Below the pieces are notes generated by a model that saw only the letters and a program-made list of their open reading frames with translations, did no database searches and had not been told where the DNA came from. Positions 50,691-60,851 of a DNA stretch of 64,000 bases are shown here, in pieces. Source of the DNA: Cellvibrionales bacterium (lineage in GTDB: Bacteria > Pseudomonadota > Gammaproteobacteria > Pseudomonadales > UBA7434); NCBI GenBank assembly GCA_042090785.1, contig JBELIP010000006.1, positions 31,693-95,692 on the forward strand, given 5' to 3'. Every line of letters begins with the position of its first letter. The first letter of the stretch is position 1. The position numbers and the translations under genes are program-made.

Positions 50691-50760
50691 TGGGTTGGTT
50701 TAAGTTAACAGTCAAGACCGTCGAGGGTGCCCCGACCATTCCTTGATCTTCAACCAAAAC
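50657..50760. repeat. Intergenic repeat family, copy B
   Basis: gaaacccgatggcgtgagtcatcgggttttttattgggttggtttaagttaacagtcaag... aligns with copy A. The 13-mer accgtcgagggtg is the near reverse complement of cacccccgacggt in copy A. Confidence 0.7.
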
Positions 50761-50769
50761 TGCCCCCCA

Positions 50770-50976
50770 TTAAACAACCAAAACCTTCTCACCAGAAAAC
50801 TCAATCGTATCGCCCACCACAATCTGCTTACGCTTTTGCGTTTCAACCGTATCGTTAACACGCACAAGACCCTCAGCAATCACCGTCTTAGCTTCGCCAC
50901 CACTACCAACAAAACCATCAAACTTCAGTATCTTATAAAGTGCTACGGGCGCTTTATCAATTTTGACTTCTCTCAT
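50770..50976 (-). CDS. RNA-binding S4-domain protein (YbcJ-like, ribosome-associated)
   Basis: 68 aa. LYKILKFDGFVGSGGEAKTVIAEGLVRVNDTVETQKRKQIVVGDTIEF parallels E. coli YbcJ. Confidence 0.75.
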   Translation of the reverse strand: MREVKIDKAPVALYKILKFDGFVGSGGEAKTVIAEGLVRVNDTVETQKRKQIVVGDTIEFSGEKVLVV

Positions 50977-51198
50977 ACTTCTCTCTTATAACTATACTTA
51001 TAATCCAATGGCCGGCAATATAAGCCACAGCAACATAGTCTACAAGCATAAAAAATCTTAGTACTTAATATAACGCGTCATAATGCTTCCGCTGCCTATT
51101 TAAAATAACAATTTTTTAACAACACAAACTTACCCACCACTCTGCTGTCTACAGCCTTTAGCTCACTATGAGCATAAACATTTGTAGAGACGCTCATC

Positions 51199-51969
51199 AT
51201 GCAAACCATCGATTTGGGATCCAAATTTTTATTTTGCTATTTACAAAACGGCGTTATCACCATCAAGCTTAACCGCCCAGAACGTCGCAATGCCTGCACC
51301 ATAGAAATGGCTAACGGTATTAAACGTGCCGCATTAATTGCCGAGCAAGACAAAACCATTGATGTAATCATTATTACCGGCACCGAAGATAGTTTTTGTG
51401 TTGGTGGTGACATGACCAAACATTATGAAACTCCCCGCCCCTATACCATCGAAGAACTCGATGTATTAATTAATATGCCTTTTAATTACCTCGAACGTTG
51501 CAACAAAATTGTAGTCGCTGCCGTTAATGGTGTTTGTCATGCCGGGGGGCTGGATATGATCCTATGTGCCGACATTATAATTGCTTCTGAAAAAGCGACT
51601 TTTCGAGCACCCGAATTATTAAGAGGCATTGCCGATGGTTGGTTAGGTGCTAGGCTGCCGGAAAGAATTGGCATAGCTAAAGCAAAGCATATGGTTTTTA
51701 CCGCTGCGACGATTAATGCTATTAAAGCGGAAGCTATTGGGCTTATATCAGAAGTAGTGCCGCATGAAAAATTAATGGAAAAAGCCTATAGCATTGCAGA
51801 ACAAATTAAACGTACCGGCCCTCAAGCACGCGGCATGTTAAAAAAACAAATTAATGCGCAACTACCACCGTTCGATTTAGAAATTTTTCATCGCTCTACA
51901 CAATCGGATGAGGCGCGAGAAGGTATAGATGCATTTATTAATAAACGAGTTCCGATTTGGCCGCGTTGA
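51199..51969 (+). CDS. Enoyl-CoA hydratase/isomerase (crotonase) family protein
   Basis: 256 aa. ...LNRPERRNA..., FCVGGDM, AAVNGVCHAGGLDM are crotonase-fold oxyanion-hole motifs. Confidence 0.85.
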   Translation: MQTIDLGSKFLFCYLQNGVITIKLNRPERRNACTIEMANGIKRAALIAEQDKTIDVIIITGTEDSFCVGGDMTKHYETPRPYTIEELDVLINMPFNYLERCNKIVVAAVNGVCHAGGLDMILCADIIIASEKATFRAPELLRGIADGWLGARLPERIGIAKAKHMVFTAATINAIKAEAIGLISEVVPHEKLMEKAYSIAEQIKRTGPQARGMLKKQINAQLPPFDLEIFHRSTQSDEAREGIDAFINKRVPIWPR

Positions 51970-52088
51970 AAAAAATAGAAAAATGACAGATGAATGATAG
52001 AAAAATAAATATGCGCGCCGAGTTATTCCCGCGCGTATACTTATTGAGAGTGCTTATTATTGAAAATGCTTATTATAAAGAGCCATGA

Positions 52089-52346
52089 CTATTTAGCGAG
52101 CTTGTTATAAACAAACAATAAAATAAAAGCACCCACTGTTGCTGTAATTATGCTGCCGATGCTTAAGCCGCCGGTAGTCCCTAAACCTAAGAATGAGCCG
52201 ACGAAACCACCGACAAAAGCGCCAGCAATACCTAGCACCATTGTCATTAACCAGCCACCGCCATCATTGCCGGGCATTAGCCATTTTGCCAATACACCTG
52301 CAAGTAGTCCTAAAATAATCCAAGATAAAATACCCATTGTTATCAC
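52089..52346 (-). CDS. GlsB/YeaQ/YmgE family stress-response membrane protein
   Basis: 85 aa. GILSWIILGLLAGVLAKWLMPG...GIAGAFVGGFVG is typical of the family. Confidence 0.85.
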   Translation of the reverse strand: MITMGILSWIILGLLAGVLAKWLMPGNDGGGWLMTMVLGIAGAFVGGFVGSFLGLGTTGGLSIGSIITATVGAFILLFVYNKLAK

Positions 52347-52472
52347 CTTAATTGTGTTACGTTAAAAGATACTCTACTGGTTTATTTTCTTATTATCTTA
52401 ATGACGGACATTAACAAATTGTTTGAATGACAACACGTTAAACAATGTAAAAAGGTGGCTTGGGGATTTTTA

Positions 52473-52506
52473 GGTTTACAGTTACGGTTTTGACCTTGAA
52501 CTTAAA
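52473..52506. repeat. Intergenic repeat family, copy C (internally deleted)
   Basis: ggtttacagttac-ggttttgac-cttgaacttaaac matches copy A positions 13709-13721, 13741-13749 and 13764-13776. It lacks the central hairpin core and the terminator module. Confidence 0.6.
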
Positions 52507-52515
52507 CACAAAGCA

Positions 52516-53196
52516 TCAAGCATCCCACGTAGAATAATCAAACCGCACATCACTATAGTCCAACTGCGCAGCCAACGCCGTAACCAACTGCTTAGCCAGC
52601 ACACCCTTATCCGGCAACACTCCCACATGCTCTCGCAACTGCGTAACCTCAAGGCCCGCAAAACCACAAGGATTAATACCCTCAAAAGGCGCAGTATCAA
52701 AATCAAAATTAAAACAAAGCCCATGATAAGAACAACCGCGACTCACTCGTAAACCCAACGCTGCTATTTTTTTCTGCTCAACATACACCCCAGGCGCTTT
52801 TCGATCACCATAAGCTTCAATACCATAACCCGCAAGCACATCAATAACGGTCTTTTCTAAACATTCAACCAGCGCCCTAACACCCAAACTACGGCGGCTT
52901 AAATTAATTAACGCATAAGCCATAATTTGACCCGGACCGTGGTAAGTCACCTGTCCACCTCTATCCACTCTCACCGTCGGTATATCTCCCGCATCTAATA
53001 CGTGCGCTTCGTCAGCCGCTTTACCTAAAGTGAACACCTGAGCATGCTCAAGCAACCACAATTCATCAGCAGTGGCATCGGTGCGTGTGCGGGTAAATTC
53101 TTTCATCGCCTGCCAGACAGGCTCATAGTCTAGCAGCTGGGCGGGGGCTGTATCAGCAATAAAGTGACGGACATGCAGTTGATTATGAACAGGCAT
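52516..53196 (-). CDS. lipB: Lipoyl(octanoyl) transferase
   Basis: ...LWLLEHAQVFTLGKA...RGGQVTYHGPGQ...KIAALGLRV... The start overlaps the ybeD stop (TAATG). Confidence 0.93.
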   Translation of the reverse strand: MPVHNQLHVRHFIADTAPAQLLDYEPVWQAMKEFTRTRTDATADELWLLEHAQVFTLGKAADEAHVLDAGDIPTVRVDRGGQVTYHGPGQIMAYALINLSRRSLGVRALVECLEKTVIDVLAGYGIEAYGDRKAPGVYVEQKKIAALGLRVSRGCSYHGLCFNFDFDTAPFEGINPCGFAGLEVTQLREHVGVLPDKGVLAKQLVTALAAQLDYSDVRFDYSTWDA

Positions 53197-53495
53197 TAAA
53201 TAACCATCTTAACGCGGCCACTTGCTTTTAATTCATGGAACAAGGCCATAATCTGTGGCTCACCGGTCGCACGAATAATAACACCCACCGAACGAAACTT
53301 GCCTTTACTACTATCACGACTAGTCAATGTGCTTACATCAAAATCTGGTGCATGCTTGAGAACAATAGATGCAACGAACGCATTAAAAGTATCGTCTGCC
53401 TCGCCCAATATTTTAATCGGGTAATCACAAGGGAACTCAATTTTTGGCTCTTCTTGCCCTTCTGGAAGCGTTTGCTTGCCTATAATTTCGCTCAT
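53196..53495 (-). CDS. ybeD: YbeD/DUF493 family protein
   Basis: 99 aa. FPCDYPIKILG motif. Conserved position between dac and lipB. Confidence 0.85.
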   Translation of the reverse strand: MSEIIGKQTLPEGQEEPKIEFPCDYPIKILGEADDTFNAFVASIVLKHAPDFDVSTLTSRDSSKGKFRSVGVIIRATGEPQIMALFHELKASGRVKMVI

Positions 53496-53516
53496 CTTAT
53501 AAACCCAATGCTTTTT

Positions 53517-54719
53517 TTAATTAAGACCAAATACGCCTCTAATAAACAAGATAAAGTGATCCCATAAACGAGAAAGTAACGGTGCCGATTCAATATTATT
53601 GGCTGCAAGTAATTCGCGCTGCTCTAATACTTCACCATTATGGCTAATGTTTAGTACACCATATGATTTACCGGCAACAATAGGTGCAACAATATTGTTA
53701 TCAACTTCAATCGTTACTTTTAAGTTTTCGCGCTGGCCGCGCGGAATAGTCAATACAATAGCATCAGCCAATACAAGATCGAACGTATCGCTAGCACCAG
53801 CCCAAAGACGCGGGGAGTTAATAACCTGCCCTGCACTATAAAGCTGGTGCGTTTCGTAATATCGAAAACCATACGATAATAATTTTTGTGTTTCTTGTTC
53901 TCGTGCCCGACTGCTCTTTGTGCCCATGACTACAGAAACTAAACGCATATCATCACGCTTAGCTGATGCAACTAAGCAATAACCCGCTTCATCGGTATGA
54001 CCCGTCTTTAGACCATCTACGCTGGCATCACGCCATAACAAACCATTACGATTAGGCTGAGTAATTCCATTAAAGGTAAACTTTTTTTCTGAATACAATG
54101 CATAGTGATCAGGGAAATGACGTATTAGAGCGGTTGCTAACAACGACAAATCACGTGCGGTAGTTAAGTGCCCTTTAGCTGGCCACCCTGTAGCATTCAT
54201 AAAATGAGTTTGCTGCATACCAAGTAAACTAGCCTGCTGATTCATAATTTCGGCAAAGGCAGCTTCATCTCCAGCAACAAACTCAGCCAAGGCTACACTG
54301 GCATCATTGCCCGATTGAATAATGACACCCTTCAATAAATCTTGAACCGATACAGTAGTGCCTTCGCGGATAAACATCTTCGACCCACCCATACGCCATG
54401 CCTTAACACTAATAGGCACGGCATCATCAGCACGGATATTACCTTTGTTTATTTCTGACGAAACAAGGTAGCTGGTCATCATTTTGGTTAAGCTGGCCGG
54501 CGGTAGTCGCTTATCGGCATTCGATTCAACAATAATCTTGCCACTGTTAACATCCATTAATATGTAGCTGCTGGCCGCTAATTGCGGCGGCGAAGGCATT
54601 AAGGTTGCCGTACCTTGGGCCTGGACATACATGCTACAAATTAAAGATATAGCTAAACACGTTATCCAACGGTTAATTGCTTTGATCACTTCATCTCCTC
54701 TGTACATAAACTTAGGCAT
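53517..54719 (-). CDS. dacA: D-alanyl-D-alanine carboxypeptidase (PBP5/6 family)
   Basis: Signal peptide, SLTKMMT (SxxK), SGND (SxN) and KTGHT (KTG) motifs. Confidence 0.92.
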   Translation of the reverse strand: MPKFMYRGDEVIKAINRWITCLAISLICSMYVQAQGTATLMPSPPQLAASSYILMDVNSGKIIVESNADKRLPPASLTKMMTSYLVSSEINKGNIRADDAVPISVKAWRMGGSKMFIREGTTVSVQDLLKGVIIQSGNDASVALAEFVAGDEAAFAEIMNQQASLLGMQQTHFMNATGWPAKGHLTTARDLSLLATALIRHFPDHYALYSEKKFTFNGITQPNRNGLLWRDASVDGLKTGHTDEAGYCLVASAKRDDMRLVSVVMGTKSSRAREQETQKLLSYGFRYYETHQLYSAGQVINSPRLWAGASDTFDLVLADAIVLTIPRGQRENLKVTIEVDNNIVAPIVAGKSYGVLNISHNGEVLEQRELLAANNIESAPLLSRLWDHFILFIRGVFGLN

Positions 54720-55595
54720 CTATTCATAAACTGTGTGCATCTTACCAAAGGATTCTAAGCTTGCTGCATTTTTTATTGACAAACTTTCTACCGTCGAAGC
54801 AAATGGGCCAATACGCACCCGATATACCTCTTGCTGCGATGGGTGAATAACCACATTAGCCGCTTCATTCATCGCCTGTAACGCATCCAACAAACGATTT
54901 TGCAAAGCTTGTGCAGCCTCAAGATTTTTAAAAGCGGCAACCTGTAAGTATTGTCGTTTAAGCATGGCACGGTCAGTGCTAACACGACTATCGATTGCCT
55001 GCCCAGTTGAAGCCACTTGTACTGCTGGCGCTGTAACCACTTGGGCTGAGGCTTTTTTACGCGCTCGTTTAGATTTTTTCCATTTCCGCGGATCAATCGC
55101 CTCTACTTCTACCCGCGCAGTGCCTTTTTTTAACATGCCTATTTTACTGGCTGCGGCATAAGAAAGGTCAATAATCCGCCCCTCATGAAAAGGCCCACGG
55201 TCATTAACACGTACAATAATTTCACGACCATTATCTAAGTTTTTAACGGTTACATAGGTGGGAATCGGTAAGCTTTTATGTGCCGCCGTCATTTCATACA
55301 TATTATAACGCTCACCATTTGAGGTCAGCCGACCATGAAACTTAGTGCCATACCAAGAAGCGCCACCACGCTCCTTATAACCTTTGGATGATTCCATTAC
55401 ACGATATGTTTTGCCTAACACCGTATAAGGCGTAAAGTTACCACCACGACTGCGCGGCTCAACCTTAGGCGTGGCATTTTTGATTTTTCGGTTATCAAGG
55501 GTGACATTTGGTGCGCTATCAACACTGCCACCGGGCTTGCTTAAGCCGCCAAAAAAACCACAACCCGTTAAACAAACCATAATGAGTAGTAGCAC
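54720..55595 (-). CDS. rlpA: Septal ring lytic transglycosylase RlpA (DPBB + SPOR domains)
   Basis: Lipobox LTGC. ASWYGTKFHGRLTSNGERYNMYEMTAAHKSLPIPTYVTV...VRVNDRGPF. C-terminal SPOR-like region. The start is uncertain: GTG 55595, or a possible ATT at 55637 (see findings). Confidence 0.9.
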   Translation of the reverse strand: MLLLIMVCLTGCGFFGGLSKPGGSVDSAPNVTLDNRKIKNATPKVEPRSRGGNFTPYTVLGKTYRVMESSKGYKERGGASWYGTKFHGRLTSNGERYNMYEMTAAHKSLPIPTYVTVKNLDNGREIIVRVNDRGPFHEGRIIDLSYAAASKIGMLKKGTARVEVEAIDPRKWKKSKRARKKASAQVVTAPAVQVASTGQAIDSRVSTDRAMLKRQYLQVAAFKNLEAAQALQNRLLDALQAMNEAANVVIHPSQQEVYRVRIGPFASTVESLSIKNAASLESFGKMHTVYE

Positions 55596-55672
55596 AAAGC
55601 GAGCAATAACTGCCTGAATATTTTTTATAATGCTAATAGTAAAACCTCAAAATCGATAGTAATACAAACCGT

Positions 55673-56746
55673 TTATGACTTATTCGCCTCATGTGCTGCT
55701 GTAACAATAGCTTGGCTTAACTGATAAACCGCCATGGCATATTTTGAACGAGGGTTATAACGGCTAATGACATAAAAATTTTGATATCCCAGCCAGAACT
55801 CATCCCCATCGGTATCATTAAAGCGAATTACTCGCGCCTTTTCTTCAGCTGGAGGTTGATCCTGCGGATGATAGCCAGCTAATTTCAACGCCTCAACACT
55901 GTAGTTAGGTTTTAGCCCCCTGCCTATTACGCTGGCATCAAAATCAACATTCACTGCAGCTCTACTTGTCACAGGACCATTTAACACCCAACCATGATGA
56001 ACAAAGTAGTTAGCAATACTATAAATCGCATCAACCGGCTCAAAAAGGTTTACTTGACCATCGCCGTTACCATCTACCGCTAATCGGCGATAGTTGCTTG
56101 GCATAAATTGACTCATGCCCATTGCTCCAGCATAAGAACCTAACCGCTGCTCAGCTGACCACTGCTGTTCACGGCATAAGACGATGAACTCGGCTAGCTC
56201 AGAGGTAAAAAAACGACTACGGCGCGGATGTTCGAATGCGAGTGTCGCCAACGCATCTAACACGCTTGCTTTACCTGTATAACCACCATAGTTAGTTTCA
56301 ACGCCTAAAATCGCAGTAATAATTTCTCGTGGCACACCATATTGCTGTTCAACTTGATCAAAAACTGAGTCGTACTCAGCTAAAAACTTAACCCCTTGAG
56401 TTATGCGTATAGGGCTTAAAAAACTACGACGATAGGCTGTCCAGGTTTTAGTTTTCTCTGCAGCATTGGTCATGCTATCAAGAATACGCTGCTCAGTATC
56501 GGCCTCAGCTAATACGGCTTTTACTTGCTCAGCTGTAAAACCATGCTCACTCACGAGACCGTCAATTAATGCTTGCGCAGCTGGATGATGACTGTAATCC
56601 GCGGCTGCCTGTGTTGGCAAAACCAATACGCCAATCAATGCACTCATCAATACACGACTCGAAAGTAATTGGCTTATACGAGAATGAAAGCAATTAACAT
56701 TAAAACGCTTTTTTATCACAAACATACTCTTTAGCATCATGATCAT
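55673..56746 (-). CDS. mltB: Lytic murein transglycosylase B
   Basis: ILGVETNYGGYTG catalytic-Glu block and GAMGMSQFMPS. The N-terminal start is uncertain because there are several in-frame Met codons. Confidence 0.88.
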   Translation of the reverse strand: MIMMLKSMFVIKKRFNVNCFHSRISQLLSSRVLMSALIGVLVLPTQAAADYSHHPAAQALIDGLVSEHGFTAEQVKAVLAEADTEQRILDSMTNAAEKTKTWTAYRRSFLSPIRITQGVKFLAEYDSVFDQVEQQYGVPREIITAILGVETNYGGYTGKASVLDALATLAFEHPRRSRFFTSELAEFIVLCREQQWSAEQRLGSYAGAMGMSQFMPSNYRRLAVDGNGDGQVNLFEPVDAIYSIANYFVHHGWVLNGPVTSRAAVNVDFDASVIGRGLKPNYSVEALKLAGYHPQDQPPAEEKARVIRFNDTDGDEFWLGYQNFYVISRYNPRSKYAMAVYQLSQAIVTAAHEANKS

Positions 56747-56812
56747 AAATAGTCTCTCAATAATATCTGTAGTTAAATATTAGAAACGGCTTCAAAGGTA
56801 TTTATGTAACAA

Positions 56813-57958
56813 CTATCGTTGAGTATCTTCAGTACTAATAGCCATTAACACACCAAAACTCGCAAACATAGTCACCATTGCCGTGCCACCGTAACTTACC
56901 AACGGTAAAGGTACACCAACGACTGGTAGCATACCGGAAACCATACCCATATTAACTAACACATAGACAAAAAAAGTTAATGTGATGCTTCCCGCAGCTA
57001 AACTACCAAAGGTGTTTTTAGCTGTAAGACTAATTTGTGCGCCACGGATAATAATTAAAAAATACAACAATAATAAAAACACAACGCCAATAAACCCAAA
57101 CTCTTCTGCCAATACAGCAATAATAAAATCGGTATGACTTTCAGGTAAAAAATCCAAATGTGACTGCGTGCCATTCAACCAACCTTTCCCGTCCCAGCCG
57201 CCAGAACCAATAGCCGTCTTTGATTGAATAATATTCCAGCCTGCACCTAAGCGATCATCCTCAGGATTAAACAAAGTCATAATACGCTGGCGTTGATAGT
57301 CATGTAATAAAAACTGCCAAGCTGGCCATGCCGAGATGACAGCGAATAAGCCACCACCTAATAAAAAACGCCAGCGAATACCTCCTAGCCATAAAACAAA
57401 CAAACCCGAAGCGGCAATAAGTATTGATGTGCCTAAGTCTGGCTGCATAACAATAAATAGCGAAGGCAATATAGCAATAACAATACCTATTAACAGGGTT
57501 TGCACTTTCGGCGGTAAAATTTTATCTGACAAATACCATGCAACGGTTAATGGCACCGCAATTTTCATTAATTCTGAAGGCTGAAAGCGAATGAGACCAA
57601 AAACATTTAACCAGCGCTGCGCACCTTTAGTCCCCTCACCCACCCAAGCTACCATTAGCAATAAAAAAATACCTAATATATAACCCAAGGGCGCTAATGA
57701 CTTTAAGGTTTTCACTTTTATTTGCGCAACAACAAATAAACCAGTAAATGAAATCCCTAAATAAATTAACTGCCGCAATACACGACCCAATTCTTTTCCG
57801 CTTGCACTATAAAGAACAATCAAGCCAAAAAAAGCAACCGTCATTAATAAAATTAACAACGGTAAATCAATATGCCAGCGACGAAAGCGCCCAGCCTGAA
57901 TAGACAAGGCACTAGGGTCGCCGGGAAGGCTACGAACAAAATCCGACTGGCCTCTCAT
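56813..57958 (-). CDS. rodA: Peptidoglycan glycosyltransferase RodA (SEDS family)
   Basis: 381 aa, about 10 TM. ...RFQPSELMK..., DFIIAVLAEEFGFIG, PLPLVSYGGT. Confidence 0.93.
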   Translation of the reverse strand: MRGQSDFVRSLPGDPSALSIQAGRFRRWHIDLPLLILLMTVAFFGLIVLYSASGKELGRVLRQLIYLGISFTGLFVVAQIKVKTLKSLAPLGYILGIFLLLMVAWVGEGTKGAQRWLNVFGLIRFQPSELMKIAVPLTVAWYLSDKILPPKVQTLLIGIVIAILPSLFIVMQPDLGTSILIAASGLFVLWLGGIRWRFLLGGGLFAVISAWPAWQFLLHDYQRQRIMTLFNPEDDRLGAGWNIIQSKTAIGSGGWDGKGWLNGTQSHLDFLPESHTDFIIAVLAEEFGFIGVVFLLLLYFLIIIRGAQISLTAKNTFGSLAAGSITLTFFVYVLVNMGMVSGMLPVVGVPLPLVSYGGTAMVTMFASFGVLMAISTEDTQR

Positions 57959-57982
57959 TTTTTTATTCTCATAGTCTACTAT

Positions 57983-59851
57983 TCATAAGCTTTTATTCGC
58001 TTGCTGTTTAGCCGCGTTAGCTTCAAGCACCCAATCAAATACTTTACGCGCAATGGGTGCTGCATGTGTGCTTCCACCGCCGGCGTTCTCAACAATAACG
58101 GCTACAGCCACTTGTGGATTATCGCTGGGCGCAAAGCCAACAAATAAAGCATGGTCACGCTGACGCTCCAAAATCGCCTCTTCATCATATTCGGCACCTT
58201 GCGCAATACTAATAACTTGAGCGGTACCGCTCTTTCCCGCTATCCGATAATTAAGACCACGACTAATACCTCGCGCCGTCCCATTTACACGATCATGTAC
58301 AACGGCTTCCATACCATCAATAATCTGATCCCAGTAATTATCTGCCACCGAAAATGCATTTTTATTAACGGCAACCGGCGCTACTGCTTGTTTAACTAAT
58401 TGTGGTACGGGCCGCACACCACGATTAGCAATGGTTGCCGTTGCCACAGCCAATTGTAATGGCGTCGCCAACATATAACCTTGCCCGATACCAATATTCA
58501 AAGTTTCACCTGGAAACCAAGGTTGATTTTTATTATGTTTTTTCCATTCTCGCGACGGCAATAAACCACTGCGCTCATTCGTTGAATCAATACCCGTATG
58601 AGAACCTAAACCAAATTGTGCAGAAAAATCATGAATACGATCAACCCCAAGCTTATAAGCCAGATCATAAAAATACACATCACAACTTTGCGCTAAAGAA
58701 TCATGTAAGTTAATAAAGTTTGCATGACCGCCTTTTTTCCAGTCACGGTATAAACGATCATCATTGGGTAACTGATACCATCCGGGATCAGCAATATTAC
58801 TGCTAGCACTGACTATTCGATAATGTAAACCTGCTAAACCAATAATAGGCTTAATAGTAGAGCCCGGGGGGTACTGCCCTTGCAGCGATCGATTAAATAA
58901 AGGTAGGTCTATAGATTCTCTAAGCTTAGCGTAGTCTTCTGTGCTAATACCTGTAACAAAAGGGTTAGCATCATAAGATGGTGTGCTCACCATGGCTAAC
59001 ACACCACCTGTACTTGGGTCTAACGCAACAACCGAGCCTCGTCTATCACCCATTAGTTCTATAATTTTCTTTTGAATATCAGCATTAATGTGTAAGCTTA
59101 AATCAACACCTGGTAACGGCTTTTCTTGCTGCAGTACACGCAGTACTCGACCATGGGCATTGGTTTCAACATGCTGAGAACCAACCTCACCGTGCAATGT
59201 CGATTCGTAAAATTTCTCGATACCAATTTTACCAATATGGTCGGTTGCGGCATAATTCATTTTGTTACTTTTAAGTCGCGCCAAGTCTTCTTGATCAGAA
59301 GTATTAATTCTGCCGACATAACCTACTACATGAGTAAGGCTAGCACCTTCAGGATAATTTCTAACAAGCTGAGCTTTAATTTCAACACCTGACAAACGAT
59401 AACGATTAACCGCAAATCGACTAATTTCGTCTTCGCTTAAACGAAATTTTAATGGCACGGCTTGATACGGTGCACGACGCTTAAGTCGCTGTTTAAATTT
59501 ATCGACACTCTTTATATCAATATCAAATAACTGTTGTAAATCGGTTAGCGTGTCATCTAAATTTTCAACCCGCTCTTTAACTAACACTAAGCTATAGCTA
59601 GGCTGATTATCAGCAAGCAGGACACCATTAGTATCAAAAATTAAACCGCGCTTGGGCGCAACCGGTTGTACGTGAACACGATTACGCTCTGACTGCGTAA
59701 CAAAAGAATCGTACTGAAAAATTTGCAGGTTGGCATAGCGATAAGCCAGCACACCAAAAAAGAACACAACTATAATTAACGAACAAATAATACGCGAACG
59801 GTAAAGACGCTGTTCGCTATGACTATCTTTTATCGCCGCGTAGCGTTGCAT
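57983..59851 (-). CDS. mrdA: Penicillin-binding protein 2 (elongasome transpeptidase)
   Basis: 622 aa. STIKP (SxxK), KSGTA (KxG). Upstream of rodA. Confidence 0.93.
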   Translation of the reverse strand: MQRYAAIKDSHSEQRLYRSRIICSLIIVVFFFGVLAYRYANLQIFQYDSFVTQSERNRVHVQPVAPKRGLIFDTNGVLLADNQPSYSLVLVKERVENLDDTLTDLQQLFDIDIKSVDKFKQRLKRRAPYQAVPLKFRLSEDEISRFAVNRYRLSGVEIKAQLVRNYPEGASLTHVVGYVGRINTSDQEDLARLKSNKMNYAATDHIGKIGIEKFYESTLHGEVGSQHVETNAHGRVLRVLQQEKPLPGVDLSLHINADIQKKIIELMGDRRGSVVALDPSTGGVLAMVSTPSYDANPFVTGISTEDYAKLRESIDLPLFNRSLQGQYPPGSTIKPIIGLAGLHYRIVSASSNIADPGWYQLPNDDRLYRDWKKGGHANFINLHDSLAQSCDVYFYDLAYKLGVDRIHDFSAQFGLGSHTGIDSTNERSGLLPSREWKKHNKNQPWFPGETLNIGIGQGYMLATPLQLAVATATIANRGVRPVPQLVKQAVAPVAVNKNAFSVADNYWDQIIDGMEAVVHDRVNGTARGISRGLNYRIAGKSGTAQVISIAQGAEYDEEAILERQRDHALFVGFAPSDNPQVAVAVIVENAGGGSTHAAPIARKVFDWVLEANAAKQQANKSL

Positions 59852-59857
59852 TATTAA

Positions 59858-60361
59858 TTAATCCCGGTGATAAGGGTGACCCACGCTAATACTCCAAGCG
59901 CGGTAAAGCTGTTCAGCTAAAATTACTCTCACCATAGGATGGGTAAAAGTAAGATTCGATAAAGACCAACGCCAATCCGGCCAATGACGTGTTTTTGTTG
60001 AATTGGGTTTTTCTAAAGCCGCAACAGAAAAGTCGAGACCATCGGGGCCACCAATAAGAAAACTCACATCACGACCATCCATTTGCCAATGATCCAGTTT
60101 TTTTGCCAAGCCATCAGTACTTACCGACTGACCTCGCTCATCCAGTGCCACAATAGTATTAGCAACTGGCACAGCCTGTAATAAACGCTGAGTTTCGCGT
60201 CGACGAACAGCTTCAACCGATTGGTTTTTACTGCGCTTTTCGGCAGCCACTTCAATGAGCACTACCGATAATTCCGATGGCATGCGCCGAAGATAATCGG
60301 CGCAATTATCTACTACCCAAGCAGGCATTTTATTTCCTATGGCGATAATACTAATTTGCAT
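59858..60361 (-). CDS. rlmH: 23S rRNA (pseudouridine1915-N3)-methyltransferase RlmH
   Basis: ...VALDERGQ..., DVSFLIGGPDGL, LTFTHPMVRVILAEQLYRAWSI..GHPYHR. Carries an insertion of about 11 aa relative to E. coli RlmH. Confidence 0.9.
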   Translation of the reverse strand: MQISIIAIGNKMPAWVVDNCADYLRRMPSELSVVLIEVAAEKRSKNQSVEAVRRRETQRLLQAVPVANTIVALDERGQSVSTDGLAKKLDHWQMDGRDVSFLIGGPDGLDFSVAALEKPNSTKTRHWPDWRWSLSNLTFTHPMVRVILAEQLYRAWSISVGHPYHRD

Positions 60362-60403
60362 AGCGAATCTTTTTAATAAAGTCGTAGGCGGTTTTTAAAA
60401 GGC

Positions 60404-60772
60404 TTAAACAGGCTTTAGTGTCCAAAGGCTTTCTAAATCATAAAAGGCGCGCGTTGTCGGCAACATGATATGCACAATGACATCACCAAAATCGACCAAT
60501 ACCCATTCAGCTGCTTCATTGCCTTCACTTCCAAGAGGTTTAAAGCCCTGCTTCTTACCATCTACTTCAACATTGTTTGCTAATGCTTTAACGTGGCGGT
60601 TAGATGTGCCACTTGCAATAATCATCCAATCTGTAACACTCGATGATTCCGCAACCGACAAAACAGTAACATCAACTGCTTTAAGGTCTTCTAAGGCGGC
60701 AATAATTGTGTTTTTTAATTCTTCATTTTTTGCGTTTGCATTTTTCACTAGGCTTTTACTAACTCCTGACAA
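60404..60772 (-). CDS. rsfS: Ribosome silencing factor RsfS
   Basis: ...LEDLKAVDVTVL...TDWMIIASGTSNRHVKALA...WVLVDFGDVIVHIM... Confidence 0.9.
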   Translation of the reverse strand: MSGVSKSLVKNANAKNEELKNTIIAALEDLKAVDVTVLSVAESSSVTDWMIIASGTSNRHVKALANNVEVDGKKQGFKPLGSEGNEAAEWVLVDFGDVIVHIMLPTTRAFYDLESLWTLKPV

Positions 60773-60851
60773 GAATAAGTTTTAATGGGTTCGCTTTTTT
60801 TAACCCGCTGAATTCAATTTTTTAATGGGTCAACTTTTCAATGCATCCACT

